Assembly: GCF_000981785.2 (NCBI RefSeq)
Contig: NZ_CP011304.1
Location: 2,580,001-2,612,000, forward strand
Reading direction: 5' to 3'
From: Microcystis aeruginosa NIES-2549
GTDB taxonomy: Bacteria > Cyanobacteriota > Cyanobacteriia > Cyanobacteriales > Microcystaceae
DNA length: 32,000 nt
The translations under genes were made by a program, and so were the position numbers. The notes below the pieces were generated by a model that saw only the letters and a list, made by a program, of their open reading frames with translations, ran no database searches and was not told the DNA's origin. This document shows positions 18,401-27,669 of the stretch, one piece after another (position 1 is the first letter of the stretch; each line of letters begins with the position of its first letter).

Positions 18401-18655
18401 TATAACGAAAATAAACAACAAATTTCGATTAATTCTGACCAGTATTTTGCGGGGATTCCGCCCCAAATTTGGAACTTTTATATCGGCGGTTATCAAGTGT
18501 GTCAGAAGTGGCTAAAAGACCGCAAAGGTCGCCACCTTAGCTACGACGACCTAGAACATTATCAACAAATTATCTCCATTTTGGGCGAATCGATCGCAAT
18601 TATGGAAACTATAGATATAATTATCAATAAATATGGTGGTTTCCCCTTTAGTTAA
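15425..18655 (+). CDS. Single-chain Type IIG/IIL-like restriction-modification enzyme (PD-ExK nuclease + gamma-class N6-adenine methyltransferase + specificity domain)
   Basis: The N-terminal GAPDFVI...GHLEAKD (15587-15640) is a PD-x13-ExK motif. Other motifs are HFYETFL...GVYYTPEPVV, motif I LDPAVGTGTF (16541-16570) and motif IV NPPY (16901-16912). The C-terminal DFPRVPL and YIGGYQVCQKWLKDRKGR are as seen in Type ISP/IIG C-terminal domains. The ATG at 15425 is preferred to the TTG at 15407. Confidence 0.85.
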   Translation: MSNSLPKYLEEITGIYQQGKATEHSYRPALKKLIESLNNNLQALNEPKRIACGAPDFVINQGIVEIGHLEAKDIGTSLKKVENTPQIKRYLQALGNLIITDHLEFRWYVSGELRLSASVASLNQKKQIKPDSQGILQVEQLFCQFFLSKVIQITTPRELAKKMAALAQLIRDAIGQALKDQDCGGMLRQQLQSFQRVLISDLNEAQFADMYAQTICYGLFAARCNTDQISSFSRETAAFRLPKTNPFLRGIFHQIAGTELDERITWAVDTLATILQQTDMDGILSSFGKRTRKQDPVVHFYETFLAEYDSKMRESRGVYYTPEPVVSYMVRSVDYILKNKFQIPKGLADAKKITIKNPNDSQETQEVHQVLILDPAVGTGTFLHSVIDHIYDSFRQQQGMWSSYVSKHLLPRLFGFELLMAPYTVAHMKLGLQLQELGYDFSADERLGIYLTNTLQEAFQIPPADGFLNRIRDEAESAQGVKQEHPVMVIIGNPPYSGHSVNTGDWIKELLKGKDIISGEKTASYFEVDEQPLAEKNPKWLNDDYVKFIRFSQWRIEKTGYGILAFVTNHGYLDNPTFRGMRQSLLKTFDDIYILDLHGNSKKKEVCPDGSPDQNVFDIQQGVAIGIFIKYHNSSSNLAKVYHADLWGKREIIENQVIVGGKYHWLDENDLYSTSWQELQPDSPFYLFKPQNINLRSEYDQFWKITEIMPVNVLGFQTHRDNFAIDFDKDKITKRFQELRENNLSNEDYTTKYDIKDNRDWKFNRVRQAIRLDDQWQNKITTCLYRPFDWRCCYFSTVAMDYPRRELIDHVLGKENLCLLAIRQMQDKVIYSHILVSKVPAIDRSFACSRGAASVFPLYLYPTNTPTLFETEPTNSPNGRRPNLAPEFINKLSAKLELEFISDGKGDEKKTFGPEDIFNYIYAVFHSPQYRQRYAEFLKIDFPRVPLTSNQELFWELVKKGDKLVHLHLMKATGKEISSYPVAGSNLVEQVKYNENKQQISINSDQYFAGIPPQIWNFYIGGYQVCQKWLKDRKGRHLSYDDLEHYQQIISILGESIAIMETIDIIINKYGGFPFS

Positions 18656-18807
18656 GCCACCGGTGAGAGAAGATTAATACTAAATCCGTTGACTATAGGC
18701 TACATATCAGGACAGGTAAAAGGGAGAATAAATAATCAGTACAGGTGCAAGATTTTGAGAGAATCGTGCTTCAAAACCTTGGGTTTTCATCGGCCCGCGT
18801 CCTGTAG

Positions 18808-18872
18808 GGGCGAAGCATTCGGGCAATAACCTATCGGTGAAACCGGAGATTTTCTATCCGAATGCTTCGCCC
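18808..18872. repeat. Long perfect hairpin (MITE/dispersed-repeat-like)
   Basis: GGGCGAAGCATTCGG (18808-18822) and CCGAATGCTTCGCCC (18858-18872) form a 15-bp perfect stem around a 35-nt loop, which itself contains CGGT-GAA-ACCG. Confidence 0.7.
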
Positions 18873-18891
18873 GTACTTTTTGCCGCAAACC

Positions 18892-19128
18892 CTAGATTGA
18901 TATTTTATCGCAGGTTTCAACCACAGATAAAGCGTCTTCTAGGTTATATTTATTAGGGTTTCTCTTCCTTTTTTGTTGCGGTTCCCTTTTAAATTTATAT
19001 TGAAATGTCTCAAGAATTTTGACTTGATTAATTTCAACTCCAAAGGTATTGAGGGTTTTCTCAAATAAGCCATAGGTGGACAATTTTAGGATAATGTCAT
19101 TATCCAAACAATAAACAGAACCTATCAA
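18892..19128 (-). CDS. Small ORF coupled to the ImmA-like gene (TTG start), possibly a truncated PIN-like partner
   Basis: The minus strand reads AGGAG-TTTAACC-TTG, with the ImmA-like TAA stop embedded 2 nt before the TTG. There is no internal Met. The N-terminus VYCLDNDIILKL is PIN-like. The ORF ends 20 nt from the 18808-18872 hairpin. Confidence 0.45.
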   Translation of the reverse strand: MIGSVYCLDNDIILKLSTYGLFEKTLNTFGVEINQVKILETFQYKFKREPQQKRKRNPNKYNLEDALSVVETCDKISI

Positions 19129-19130
19129 GG

Positions 19131-20123
19131 TTAAACTCCTAACACCTTTTCTAGATACTCGTAGGTTTCGTCATCAAATTTATCCCAGTCTAACTTATTA
19201 GCCAAATATTCATTAATAATCTTATTGCCATTTGGGTTGGGTTCTAATAATTTTAAAGTAGCCATGGCTAAAGCAAAGTAGCGCCTGTTATGCCATCCAT
19301 AGTTCAGAATAATTGCACCTATATCAATATCCGGATGATGAGAGATAAAATGTTCTTGAACATATATACTGAATCTTTCAACATTTTGGAATTTCCTATC
19401 CCCAAGGCAGTTATCACAATCACCTAAGAGTAATTCAGTGGCAAATTGATTAGCTTCTTTTTCTTCTCTATCATTATCAAATTTAATCTCTTCATCAACT
19501 AATACCCCATCTTTTAGATGTGCTAATGCTAAATGTCCTAACTCGTGCGCTAAGTCAAAAGCGAGTCTTGCCGACTGTTGATGTTTTGAACTAAGAATAA
19601 TTACAGGACAAGTGGAATGCCATTGAATTAATCCAGCAAATTTCTTAGTATTTTTAGGAAAATGATCAAAGTATCCCACCGCTATTCCCTGAGACCAACA
19701 ATAGTCTAAAAGAGAGGTCAAGTCAACCTTTGGCCAGTGACTTAAGATGTCTTTCCTGATGGTTTTAGCATCCTTAGATAAAGGGGTATAATTAACTTCA
19801 ACCCCCAAGGAAATTAACTCAGCAAACCGACTCGCTAAAGCTTGTGCTAGATGGGGATGTTGGTTATTTTGGCTATTGTGCTGTTTAAATTTAGTATGGG
19901 GAGGTCGATTAAATTTGACCTTTTCTTGAGGGGTTAATAAGGATGAGAGGTCAAGATTGAGCTTTTTGGCGATATAACCTGCCCCTTCTAGGACTGCAAC
20001 GGGTTTATCATTGAGTTCATCATCCCACCAACTGGGCAAGCCATTTTCTCGGACATAATCTTTTTTTAGTCCGATTTTTGAGAGTTTCCCGTAGAGGGCT
20101 GCCATGGTAAGGCTTTCTGTCAT
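19131..20123 (-). CDS. ImmA/IrrE-family (COG2856) zinc metallopeptidase with an N-terminal extension
   Basis: HELGH lies at 19533-19547 within FDLAHELGHLALAH, followed by EEKEANQFATELLL. The ATG at 20123 is preceded by AAGGAGG with 8 nt spacing and is preferred over the TTG at 20147. Confidence 0.85.
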   Translation of the reverse strand: MTESLTMAALYGKLSKIGLKKDYVRENGLPSWWDDELNDKPVAVLEGAGYIAKKLNLDLSSLLTPQEKVKFNRPPHTKFKQHNSQNNQHPHLAQALASRFAELISLGVEVNYTPLSKDAKTIRKDILSHWPKVDLTSLLDYCWSQGIAVGYFDHFPKNTKKFAGLIQWHSTCPVIILSSKHQQSARLAFDLAHELGHLALAHLKDGVLVDEEIKFDNDREEKEANQFATELLLGDCDNCLGDRKFQNVERFSIYVQEHFISHHPDIDIGAIILNYGWHNRRYFALAMATLKLLEPNPNGNKIINEYLANKLDWDKFDDETYEYLEKVLGV

Positions 20124-20345
20124 GGTTTCACCCTCCTTTGTCGGCAATACTAAGTTTTTTAAGGTTTTAGGGAATCAAAGTAGATCAGTATATTCTTATC
20201 TCTAAGATACCATCTCTAACTTAATTTTTGCCCACTGGCAAGAGTCCCTTTTCAGCGATAAATGACTCTCTACTCCCAACGAGAGTGATACAATTGTTAA
20301 CACCACAGACCAAGAGCCAATCGAAGCGAGAGAATAAAAACTGCT

Positions 20346-23162
20346 ATGTTAAAAGCCCTACTCGGAGATCCCAACGCCCGCAAAATTAAAAAATTTCAGC
20401 CCCTCGTCACCGAAATCAACCTGCTGGAAGAAGACATTAAAAACCTATCCGATGAGGAATTAAGGGGCAAAACCAGCGAATTTAAGGAAAGATTAGACAA
20501 AGCGAGAAATTATGACGAAAGAGAGGAGATTCTCGAGGAAATCCTCCCCGAAGCTTTCGCCATTGTCCGGGAAGCGGGAATCCGAGTCTTAGGGATGCGT
20601 CACTTTGACGTGCAGTTATTGGGGGGAATGGTACTCCACAAAGGACAAATCGCCGAGATGAAAACCGGGGAAGGAAAAACCCTAGTTGCCACACTCCCCG
20701 CTTATTTGAATGGATTGACCGGAAAAGGGGTTCACGTCGTCACCGTTAACGATTATCTCGCCCGTCGTGACGCGGAATGGATGGGGCAGGTACACCGCTT
20801 TTTAGGGTTAAGTGTGGGACTAATTCAAGCCGGCATGAGTCCGGAAGAAAGAAAGAAAAATTATGCCTGTGACATCACCTACACCACTAACAGCGAACTC
20901 GGCTTTGATTATCTGCGCGATAACATGGCTACAGTGATGGGGGAAGTTGTCCAAAGACCCTTTAACTACTGCGTTATCGACGAAGTGGACTCCATTCTTA
21001 TTGATGAAGCGAGAACCCCATTAATTATATCAGGACCGATCGATCGACCCACAGAAAAATATATTCTCGCCGCCGAAATCGCCAAGCAATTAGTGCGCCA
21101 AAAAGTAGAAGACGGACCGGGAGACTACGAAGTTAACGAAAAAGACCGTAACGTTTTAATGACCGATGAAGGCTTTAAAAGAGCGGAAGAACTATTAGGA
21201 GTTACCGATTTATACGACCAAGAAAATCCCTGGGCGCACTATATTTCTAACGCTATTCGTGCCAAAGAACTCCAGAAAAAAGACGTTAACTATATCGTCC
21301 GCAGTGGTGAAATTGTTATTGTTGATGAGTTCACGGGACGGGTATTACCGGGGCGACGTTGGGGCGATGGTTTACATCAGGCAGTGGAGGCTAAGGAAGG
21401 GGTAGAAATTCAACAGGAAACCCAAACCTTAGCCACGATTACCTATCAAAACTTTTTCCTACTCTATCCGAAATTATCTGGCATGACCGGGACGGCTAAA
21501 ACCGAAGAAACGGAACTAGAAAAAGTCTATAACCTGCAAGTAACAATTATTCCCACTAACCGCATTTCTCGTCGGCAAGATTTAGCCGATGTGGTCTATA
21601 AAAATGAACAGGCAAAATGGAACGCCGTCGCCGAAGAATGTCAACAAATGCACGAACAGGGTCGCCCGGTTTTAGTCGGTACCACCAGTGTGGAAAAATC
21701 AGAAGTGCTTTCGCTGTTATTACAGGAAAGAAAGATTCCCCATAACTTGCTTAATGCTCGTCCGGAAAACGTGGAAAGGGAATCGGAAATCGTCGCCCAA
21801 GCAGGCCGGGCCGGAGCCGTAACTATTGCTACGAATATGGCAGGACGGGGAACCGATATCATCCTCGGTGGTAACTCCGATTATATGGCCCGATTGAAAA
21901 TTCGCGAGTATTTAATGCCCAAATTAGTTATGCCCGAAGATGACAATTTGGCCTTTAGTTTACCCAGTTTAGGAGAACGCAATCGCCCGCAAGGATTCGC
22001 TCCGGGTAAAAAGAAAAAAAACTGGCGCGCCTCGGCGGAAATTTTTCCCACCGAGTTACCGAAAGAGGTAGAAAATGCCCTGAAAGAAGCGGTTAAATTT
22101 GCCGTTGATACCCACGGAACTCAAAGTTTACTCGAATTAGAAGCAGAAGAAAAAATCGCCATCGCGGCCGAAAAAGCCCCCACGGATGACCAGGTTATTC
22201 AAAAGTTACGCGAAGTCTATAAATTAATTCGCAAAACCTATGAAGATTACACGGGTAAAGAACACGATGAAGTAGTAGAAAGAGGCGGACTGCACGTTAT
22301 CGGGACGGAACGCCACGAATCCCGCCGTATTGACAACCAATTGCGAGGCCGGGCGGGCAGACAGGGCGACCCCGGTTCTACACGCTTCTTTTTAAGCCTA
22401 GAAGATAATTTATTGCGGATTTTTGGGGGCGACCGCGTGGCGGGTTTAATGGATGCCTTCCGGGTGGAAGAAGATATGCCCATTGAGTCAGGAATGTTAA
22501 CTCGTTCCCTGGAAGGAGCGCAAAGAAAAGTGGAAACCTTCTATTATGATGCCCGGAAACAGGTGTTTGAATACGACGAGGTGATGAATAATCAACGACG
22601 CGCTATTTATGCCGAACGTCGTCGGGTTTTGGAGGGGATGGACCTAAAAGAACAGGTGCTGCAATACGCCGAAAAAACCATGGATGAAATCGTCATGGCT
22701 TATGTTAATCCCGAACTGCCGGCGGAAGAATGGGATTTGGAAAAACTGATTAGTAAATCTCAGGAATTCGTCTATCTATTGGCAGATATTACCGCTAAAG
22801 ATGTCGAGGAGATGAGTGTTAATGATATCAAGATGTTCCTACACGAAGAAGTTCGTAAAGCCTACGAAATTAAGGAACGTCAAGTGGATAATATTCGCGC
22901 CGGTTTAATGCGCGATGCCGAACGTTATTTTATCCTGCAACAAATCGATATGTTATGGCGCGAACACCTGCAAGCTATGGAAGCTTTACGCGAGTCGATT
23001 GGTTTACGCGGTTACGGTCAAAAAGACCCTCTGATTGAGTATAAACAGGAAGGCTACGAGATGTTTTTAGAAATGATGATTGATATCCGTCGCAATGTGG
23101 TTTATTCCCTGTTCCAATTCCAACCGCAAGGACAACCCCAAGCAGTGGCTAGTGAACAGTAA
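20346..23162 (+). CDS. secA: Preprotein translocase ATPase SecA
   Basis: The 938-aa product has [18 protein letters not shown], the DEAD-like [21 protein letters not shown], and [10 protein letters not shown]. Confidence 0.98.
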   Translation: MLKALLGDPNARKIKKFQPLVTEINLLEEDIKNLSDEELRGKTSEFKERLDKARNYDEREEILEEILPEAFAIVREAGIRVLGMRHFDVQLLGGMVLHKGQIAEMKTGEGKTLVATLPAYLNGLTGKGVHVVTVNDYLARRDAEWMGQVHRFLGLSVGLIQAGMSPEERKKNYACDITYTTNSELGFDYLRDNMATVMGEVVQRPFNYCVIDEVDSILIDEARTPLIISGPIDRPTEKYILAAEIAKQLVRQKVEDGPGDYEVNEKDRNVLMTDEGFKRAEELLGVTDLYDQENPWAHYISNAIRAKELQKKDVNYIVRSGEIVIVDEFTGRVLPGRRWGDGLHQAVEAKEGVEIQQETQTLATITYQNFFLLYPKLSGMTGTAKTEETELEKVYNLQVTIIPTNRISRRQDLADVVYKNEQAKWNAVAEECQQMHEQGRPVLVGTTSVEKSEVLSLLLQERKIPHNLLNARPENVERESEIVAQAGRAGAVTIATNMAGRGTDIILGGNSDYMARLKIREYLMPKLVMPEDDNLAFSLPSLGERNRPQGFAPGKKKKNWRASAEIFPTELPKEVENALKEAVKFAVDTHGTQSLLELEAEEKIAIAAEKAPTDDQVIQKLREVYKLIRKTYEDYTGKEHDEVVERGGLHVIGTERHESRRIDNQLRGRAGRQGDPGSTRFFLSLEDNLLRIFGGDRVAGLMDAFRVEEDMPIESGMLTRSLEGAQRKVETFYYDARKQVFEYDEVMNNQRRAIYAERRRVLEGMDLKEQVLQYAEKTMDEIVMAYVNPELPAEEWDLEKLISKSQEFVYLLADITAKDVEEMSVNDIKMFLHEEVRKAYEIKERQVDNIRAGLMRDAERYFILQQIDMLWREHLQAMEALRESIGLRGYGQKDPLIEYKQEGYEMFLEMMIDIRRNVVYSLFQFQPQGQPQAVASEQ

Positions 23163-23187
23163 AAATTAAAAGTTGGCTGAAATTGGG

Positions 23188-23220
23188 GAGAATTGGCTAA
23201 GGCTGATTCTCTCATTTTTT
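23188..23220 (+). terminator. Possible secA terminator
   Basis: GAGAAT-12 nt-ATTCTC is followed by TCATTTTTTT, about 25 nt after the secA stop. Confidence 0.4.
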
Positions 23221-23232
23221 TCTACCGAGAAA

Positions 23233-23403
23233 TCAGTCACCCACAATCCACACTAGGACAAAAATTATCAGTCCGATTACTCCATAGGACAACAACGACC
23301 CCAAAAAATTGATGATTTGTATGGGAAAATGAATCAAAACTTGGTAAGTAAAATCCGTAACTGCCAGCAAGGCAGTGAAAAACATAATCACAAGTGTTAT
23401 CAT
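23233..23403 (-). CDS. Possible 56-aa two-helix membrane peptide (not in the ORF track)
   Basis: The ATG-to-TGA ORF encodes MITLVIMFFTALLAVTDFTYQVLIHFPIQIINFLGSLLSYGVIGLIIFVLVWIVGD, which is strongly hydrophobic. There is no clear SD. Confidence 0.35.
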   Translation of the reverse strand: MITLVIMFFTALLAVTDFTYQVLIHFPIQIINFLGSLLSYGVIGLIIFVLVWIVGD

Positions 23404-23557
23404 ATTTAATATCTTCTCAATCTGATAGAATAAATGGCTATCCTTTGCGGTAATCGGCAGTGGATGGTCAGAAGTTAGGAGATTATCCCCAAGAAAATTC
23501 TACCGCAATTTGGGTGCATCTCACATTTGCAGAAATACAGACAATGAGGACTGCTCT

Positions 23558-24037
23558 ATGAATATTCGTATTGGTAACGGCTACGATATCCACCGATTGG
23601 TAACAGGAAGACCTTTAATTTTAGGAGGAGTAGAAATTGCCCATACTGTCGGTTTATTGGGTCATAGTGATGCCGATGTCTTAACCCACGCTATTATGGA
23701 TGCCATGCTGGGGGCGCTTAGTTTAGGCGATATCGGTCATTATTTTCCCCCCACAGACCCGCAATGGCAAGGGGCGAATAGTTTAAAATTATTAGAACAA
23801 GTTAATCAATTAATTATCGATAAAGGTTGGCAGATTAATAATATTGATTCGGTAATTGTCGCCGAAAAACCGAAAATGAAACCCCACCTTAATGCGATGC
23901 GAGCCAAGTTAGCAGCAACTCTCAAGATTAATCCGGAACAGGTGGGAATTAAAGCCACTACTAACGAACAATTAGGACCGGTAGGACGAGAAGAAGGTAT
24001 AGCAGTTTATGCCGTGGTTTTATTGGTTAAGGAGTAG
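23558..24037 (+). CDS. ispF: 2-C-methyl-D-erythritol 2,4-cyclodiphosphate synthase
   Basis: [14 protein letters not shown]...[15 protein letters not shown]...LGDIG are canonical IspF motifs. The upstream TTG extension is unlikely. Confidence 0.95.
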   Translation: MNIRIGNGYDIHRLVTGRPLILGGVEIAHTVGLLGHSDADVLTHAIMDAMLGALSLGDIGHYFPPTDPQWQGANSLKLLEQVNQLIIDKGWQINNIDSVIVAEKPKMKPHLNAMRAKLAATLKINPEQVGIKATTNEQLGPVGREEGIAVYAVVLLVKE

Positions 24038-24059
24038 GTTGAATACGGTGTTTTCCCTG

Positions 24060-24278
24060 CTATTCTCCCAGCCATTCTTCTCTGGTAATACCCGCTTGAT
24101 TGAGAATGCGTTTTAACAGTCCTACCCCTATTTCTCCTTGATGGGGATTGGGGATAATTATCGTTAAATTATCGCGACGCATTTGCGGGTGTTTACCCCC
24201 AGCGTAGGGACCTTTAAACCCAAGTTCTCGTAATCTTTGAACTAGATTAAGCCATGATACGGCGGTTAATTTAGGCAT
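24060..24278 (-). CDS. hicA: HicA-family mRNA interferase toxin
   Basis: The 72-aa product (LVQRLRELGFKGPYAGGKHPQMRRDNLTIIIPNPHQGEIGVGLLKRILNQAGI) matches the HicA/YcfA pattern. Confidence 0.9.
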   Translation of the reverse strand: MPKLTAVSWLNLVQRLRELGFKGPYAGGKHPQMRRDNLTIIIPNPHQGEIGVGLLKRILNQAGITREEWLGE

Positions 24279-24281
24279 ATC

Positions 24282-24536
24282 TTAAATTGAAGACATGGGT
24301 TGAGGAAGGAGATTAAGATCTATTCCTGCTAACACTGGAATCGGCAAACCTAAACACAGACGCAAAGCAATCCAATCGCTTAAAGCTTCGCGCAATTCTT
24401 GCTGGCAATCTTCTAGATTGGCGTGATTTGCCCAAACTCCCTGAAGGGGTGGAATTTCGCCCCAATAAGTGCCATCTTCTTCGATGATTTCGTATCGAGC
24501 TAATGCCATCGCTTGATCAATATAACTGGCTAACAT
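24282..24536 (-). CDS. hicB: HicB-family antitoxin
   Basis: The 84-aa product (YEIIEEDGTYWGEIPPLQGVWANHANLEDCQQELREALSDWI) has the HicB N-terminal (UPF0150) pattern. It lies 3 nt upstream of hicA. Confidence 0.85.
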   Translation of the reverse strand: MLASYIDQAMALARYEIIEEDGTYWGEIPPLQGVWANHANLEDCQQELREALSDWIALRLCLGLPIPVLAGIDLNLLPQPMSSI

Positions 24537-24711
24537 GGTTGTACTATTGGTAAAGCTTACTTACTATATTAAAGTAAATTTTTCCCAGCAGCCAGCTGCA
24601 TTGGATTCGTCTTCAGATTATGATAAGGTAAGATGGTCAATAACCTGATTTATCTGGAGTGTTAATCTCGTTGGCTCGAAACTAAGCTGTTAAGCATTTA
24701 AATTGCTTGTT

Positions 24712-24737
24712 GAGACGAGGCAAGAGGCAAGAGGCAA
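24712..24737. repeat. Short heptamer tandem repeat (GAGGCAA)x3
   Basis: The sequence is gagac-GAGGCAA-GAGGCAA-GAGGCAA. Confidence 0.6.
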
Positions 24738-24960
24738 CAGTAAAGGGATTGGGGGAGATTCGGCTAATCTTAAGAATAAGTGCTTTAAATGCGTCTTAGC
24801 TTATAATGAATACACCACAAAAGATTATCACAAAAGTCTTGAAAGAATACCATCAATCGGCATCTTCAGTAGCTAATTCTCCCCACAATCTGGTTACTGC
24901 TAGGAAGCTAACCAATTCCTTCTCAATTTTTGTCTAATCCCTAATTGCTAAATTCTCTCT

Positions 24961-26718
24961 ATGACTGCCATTATCCAACAAATAAAAGAACGTTTTTCCC
25001 AATCCCTAGTTAAATCCTTTGGGGAAAACTTCGCCGCTACCGATCCCCTAATTGTGGCCGCTAGTAACCCCCGTTTTGGCGATTATCAATGTAATATTTC
25101 CCTCTCTTTAGCCAAAGAATTAAAACAAAAACCCCGGGAAGTGGCGACAACTTTACTAAAAAATCTAGAGATAGATGATCTCTGTCAACCCCCCGAAATT
25201 GCTGGACCCGGTTTTATCAATCTTACCCTGAAACCAGGTTATCTAGAAACCCAATTAAAAGACCTAATTACTGACAACCGTTTAGGAGTTGCCGCTGCTA
25301 ACCCCAGTCAAAAAATTATTGTCGATTTTTCCAGTCCCAATATTGCCAAAGAAATGCACGTTGGCCACTTGCGATCGACTATAATTGGTGATTGTATTGC
25401 TCGGATTCTGGAATTTCGTCATCATCAAGTAATTCGTCTTAATCATGTTGGGGATTGGGGTACTCAATTCGGGATGTTAATCACCTATCTACAAGAAGCT
25501 TATCCTAGTGCTTTAACCCAAGCAGATGCCCTAGATTTAGGGGATTTAGTTAGCTTTTATAAAAAGGCAAAAATTCGTTTTGATGAAGACGAAAACTTTA
25601 AAGAAACTGCCCGCCAATCTGTAGTAAAATTACAGTCGGGTGATTCTCAAAGTCGTCAAGCATGGCAGTTACTTTGTCAACAATCACGACGGGAATTTCA
25701 GAAAATCTATGATATTCTCGATATAAAACTAACCGAAAGGGGTGAATCTTTTTATAATCCCTACCTTGAGGCAGTAATCAAAGAATTAGATCAACAGGGA
25801 TTGCTAACAGAAGACAACGGCGCTTTATGTGTCTTTCTCGATGGTTTTACCAACAAAGAGGGAGATCGTTTGCCCCTAATTGTCAAGAAATCCGACGGCG
25901 GTTATAATTACGCTACCACCGATTTAGCAGCAATTTGTTATCGAGTGCGGCAAGATAAAGCCGCAAGAATAATTTATGTCACCGATGCTGGACAAGCTAA
26001 CCATTTTGCCCAAGTATTTCAGGTGGCTAAAAAAGCGGGATTTTTACCCGATAATGTGGCAGTGGTTCACGTCGCTTTTGGATTAGTTTTAGGGGAAGAT
26101 GGTAAAAAATTAAAAACTCGTTCCGGGGAGACGGTAAAATTACAAGAATTACTCGATCAAGCGATCGCCTGTTCCCTAGCTGACTTAGAAAAAAGACTGG
26201 CAAGCGAGGAAAGAGAAGAAACCGGCGATTTTATCGCTAAGACTGCCGAAACTGTCGGATTAAGTGCCGTTAAATACGCCGATCTCAGCCAAAATCGCAA
26301 TAGTAACTACGTTTTCAGTTACGACAAAATGCTCAATCTGCAAGGCAACACCGCCCCCTATATGCTGTACGCTTACGCTAGGGTCCAGAGTATCAGTCGC
26401 GAAGGTGGTATTAATTTTCAGGATTTAAGTGCCAATTCATCGCTAATTCTCAAGGATGAAAGCGAATTAATTCTGGCTAAACAATTACTGCAACTGCCGG
26501 AAGTAATTAGTGCCGTGGAAGAGGATTTATTACCTAATCGTTTATGTGATTATCTTTATGAACTCAGTAAAAAGTATAATCGTTTCTACGAAAATTGTCC
26601 CGTTCTGAAAGCGGCAGAACCTATTAAAACCTCTCGTTTAGTTTTGTGTGATTTAACGGCAAGAACCCTAAAATTAGGCTTATCTCTGCTGGGAATCCCC
26701 GTTTTGGAAAGAATGTAA
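24961..26718 (+). CDS. argS: Arginine--tRNA ligase
   Basis: The 585-aa product has the class I HIGH-type motif ([16 protein letters not shown]), a KMSK-like region, and the C-terminal anticodon-binding (DALR-type) part. Confidence 0.97.
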   Translation: MTAIIQQIKERFSQSLVKSFGENFAATDPLIVAASNPRFGDYQCNISLSLAKELKQKPREVATTLLKNLEIDDLCQPPEIAGPGFINLTLKPGYLETQLKDLITDNRLGVAAANPSQKIIVDFSSPNIAKEMHVGHLRSTIIGDCIARILEFRHHQVIRLNHVGDWGTQFGMLITYLQEAYPSALTQADALDLGDLVSFYKKAKIRFDEDENFKETARQSVVKLQSGDSQSRQAWQLLCQQSRREFQKIYDILDIKLTERGESFYNPYLEAVIKELDQQGLLTEDNGALCVFLDGFTNKEGDRLPLIVKKSDGGYNYATTDLAAICYRVRQDKAARIIYVTDAGQANHFAQVFQVAKKAGFLPDNVAVVHVAFGLVLGEDGKKLKTRSGETVKLQELLDQAIACSLADLEKRLASEEREETGDFIAKTAETVGLSAVKYADLSQNRNSNYVFSYDKMLNLQGNTAPYMLYAYARVQSISREGGINFQDLSANSSLILKDESELILAKQLLQLPEVISAVEEDLLPNRLCDYLYELSKKYNRFYENCPVLKAAEPIKTSRLVLCDLTARTLKLGLSLLGIPVLERM

Positions 26719-26720
26719 AT

Positions 26721-26874
26721 CAGTTATCAGTTATCAGTTATCAGTTATCAGTTCACCGTTTACTGTTCACAGCAAAAAACTACCCAATTCATAATTCATA
26801 ATTGATAATTCATAATTCCCACACCCTACACCCTACACCCTACACCCCACACCCTACACCCCACACCCCACCCC
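26721..26874. repeat. Composite heptamer tandem repeat array (STRR-like)
   Basis: (CAGTTAT)x4 is followed by degenerate units, then (ATTCATA/ATTGATA)x4, then (CCCTACA/CCCCACA)n. The module order matches the array at 7421-7536. Confidence 0.85.
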
Positions 26875-27267
26875 TTGCATTGCGTATCTTTGACAAAACT
26901 GGGTGCTATTTTATACCCAGAAAAAGTGTACTATGCTGACGTGAAAAAACCTGAGTTTTTGCTAACCTAGAAATAGCTCTAATCAGAGCCAATATCTTTG
27001 GGGGAAGCTTAGAGATTAATCTAGTTAAACTGACTCATGACGTTATCTTATTGTCGTCTGTTGCCTATTAGCTTTCAGGTGATAACTCGGAGACAGGGAA
27101 TTAGTACAAAAGTTCAAATTTCCTCTCCGCAGCCCCAGCGTTCCTGTGTAGTCTTAACGAGTAATTTTATCCCAGAGATGTTATCGTTAAAGCGGTCAAA
27201 TGTCCGAACGTCCTAGAGGATTTTCGGGAAAGAGCATTTGCCCTCCCGTAATCTCAGATAGAACCTT

Positions 27268-27660
27268 ATGAGTCAATCAATTGAAGATAAAGCTATGGCC
27301 GATGCTGATGTATCAGATTATACCACAAATAAAATAATTTTGTCTAATTGGATCGCCCCTTGGTCGAAAGGCAATCGGAAAAACCTGTCACCGCAACCAA
27401 AATGGGATTTATGGCAACCCCTGCGGCAACGAATTGACCGACTAGAGATTAATACACCTGAACTAGCTCATCGGATTTGTCGTCTAATTCCGGCTCAATG
27501 TCCCTTTGCGCGGAAAATTACCCTATTTAGCTGGACAATTCTAGAGATTCCGCCCCTTTGCAAGCTAAATCCCCTCTACGAAAACCTGATGATGTTAAGA
27601 TTTCGCGCTCTTTCTTACCTTGCCGATGAATGTGGAGAGGATATCGGTGCTTACTGCTAA
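27268..27660 (+). CDS. Mo-dependent nitrogenase C-terminal domain family protein (conserved cyanobacterial, function unknown)
   Basis: ICRLIPAQCPFARKITLFSWTILEIPPLCKLNPLYENLMMLRFRALSYLADECGEDI matches the recalled Mo-nitro_C signature. Confidence 0.8.
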   Translation: MSQSIEDKAMADADVSDYTTNKIILSNWIAPWSKGNRKNLSPQPKWDLWQPLRQRIDRLEINTPELAHRICRLIPAQCPFARKITLFSWTILEIPPLCKLNPLYENLMMLRFRALSYLADECGEDIGAYC

Positions 27661-27669
27661 AATGAGTGA

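Noticed and set aside
15425-18655. Large methyltransferase as BREX PglX
   Set aside because: There are no brxA/B/C, pglZ or brxL genes nearby. A PD-ExK motif at the N-terminus fits a Type IIG restriction-methylase better.
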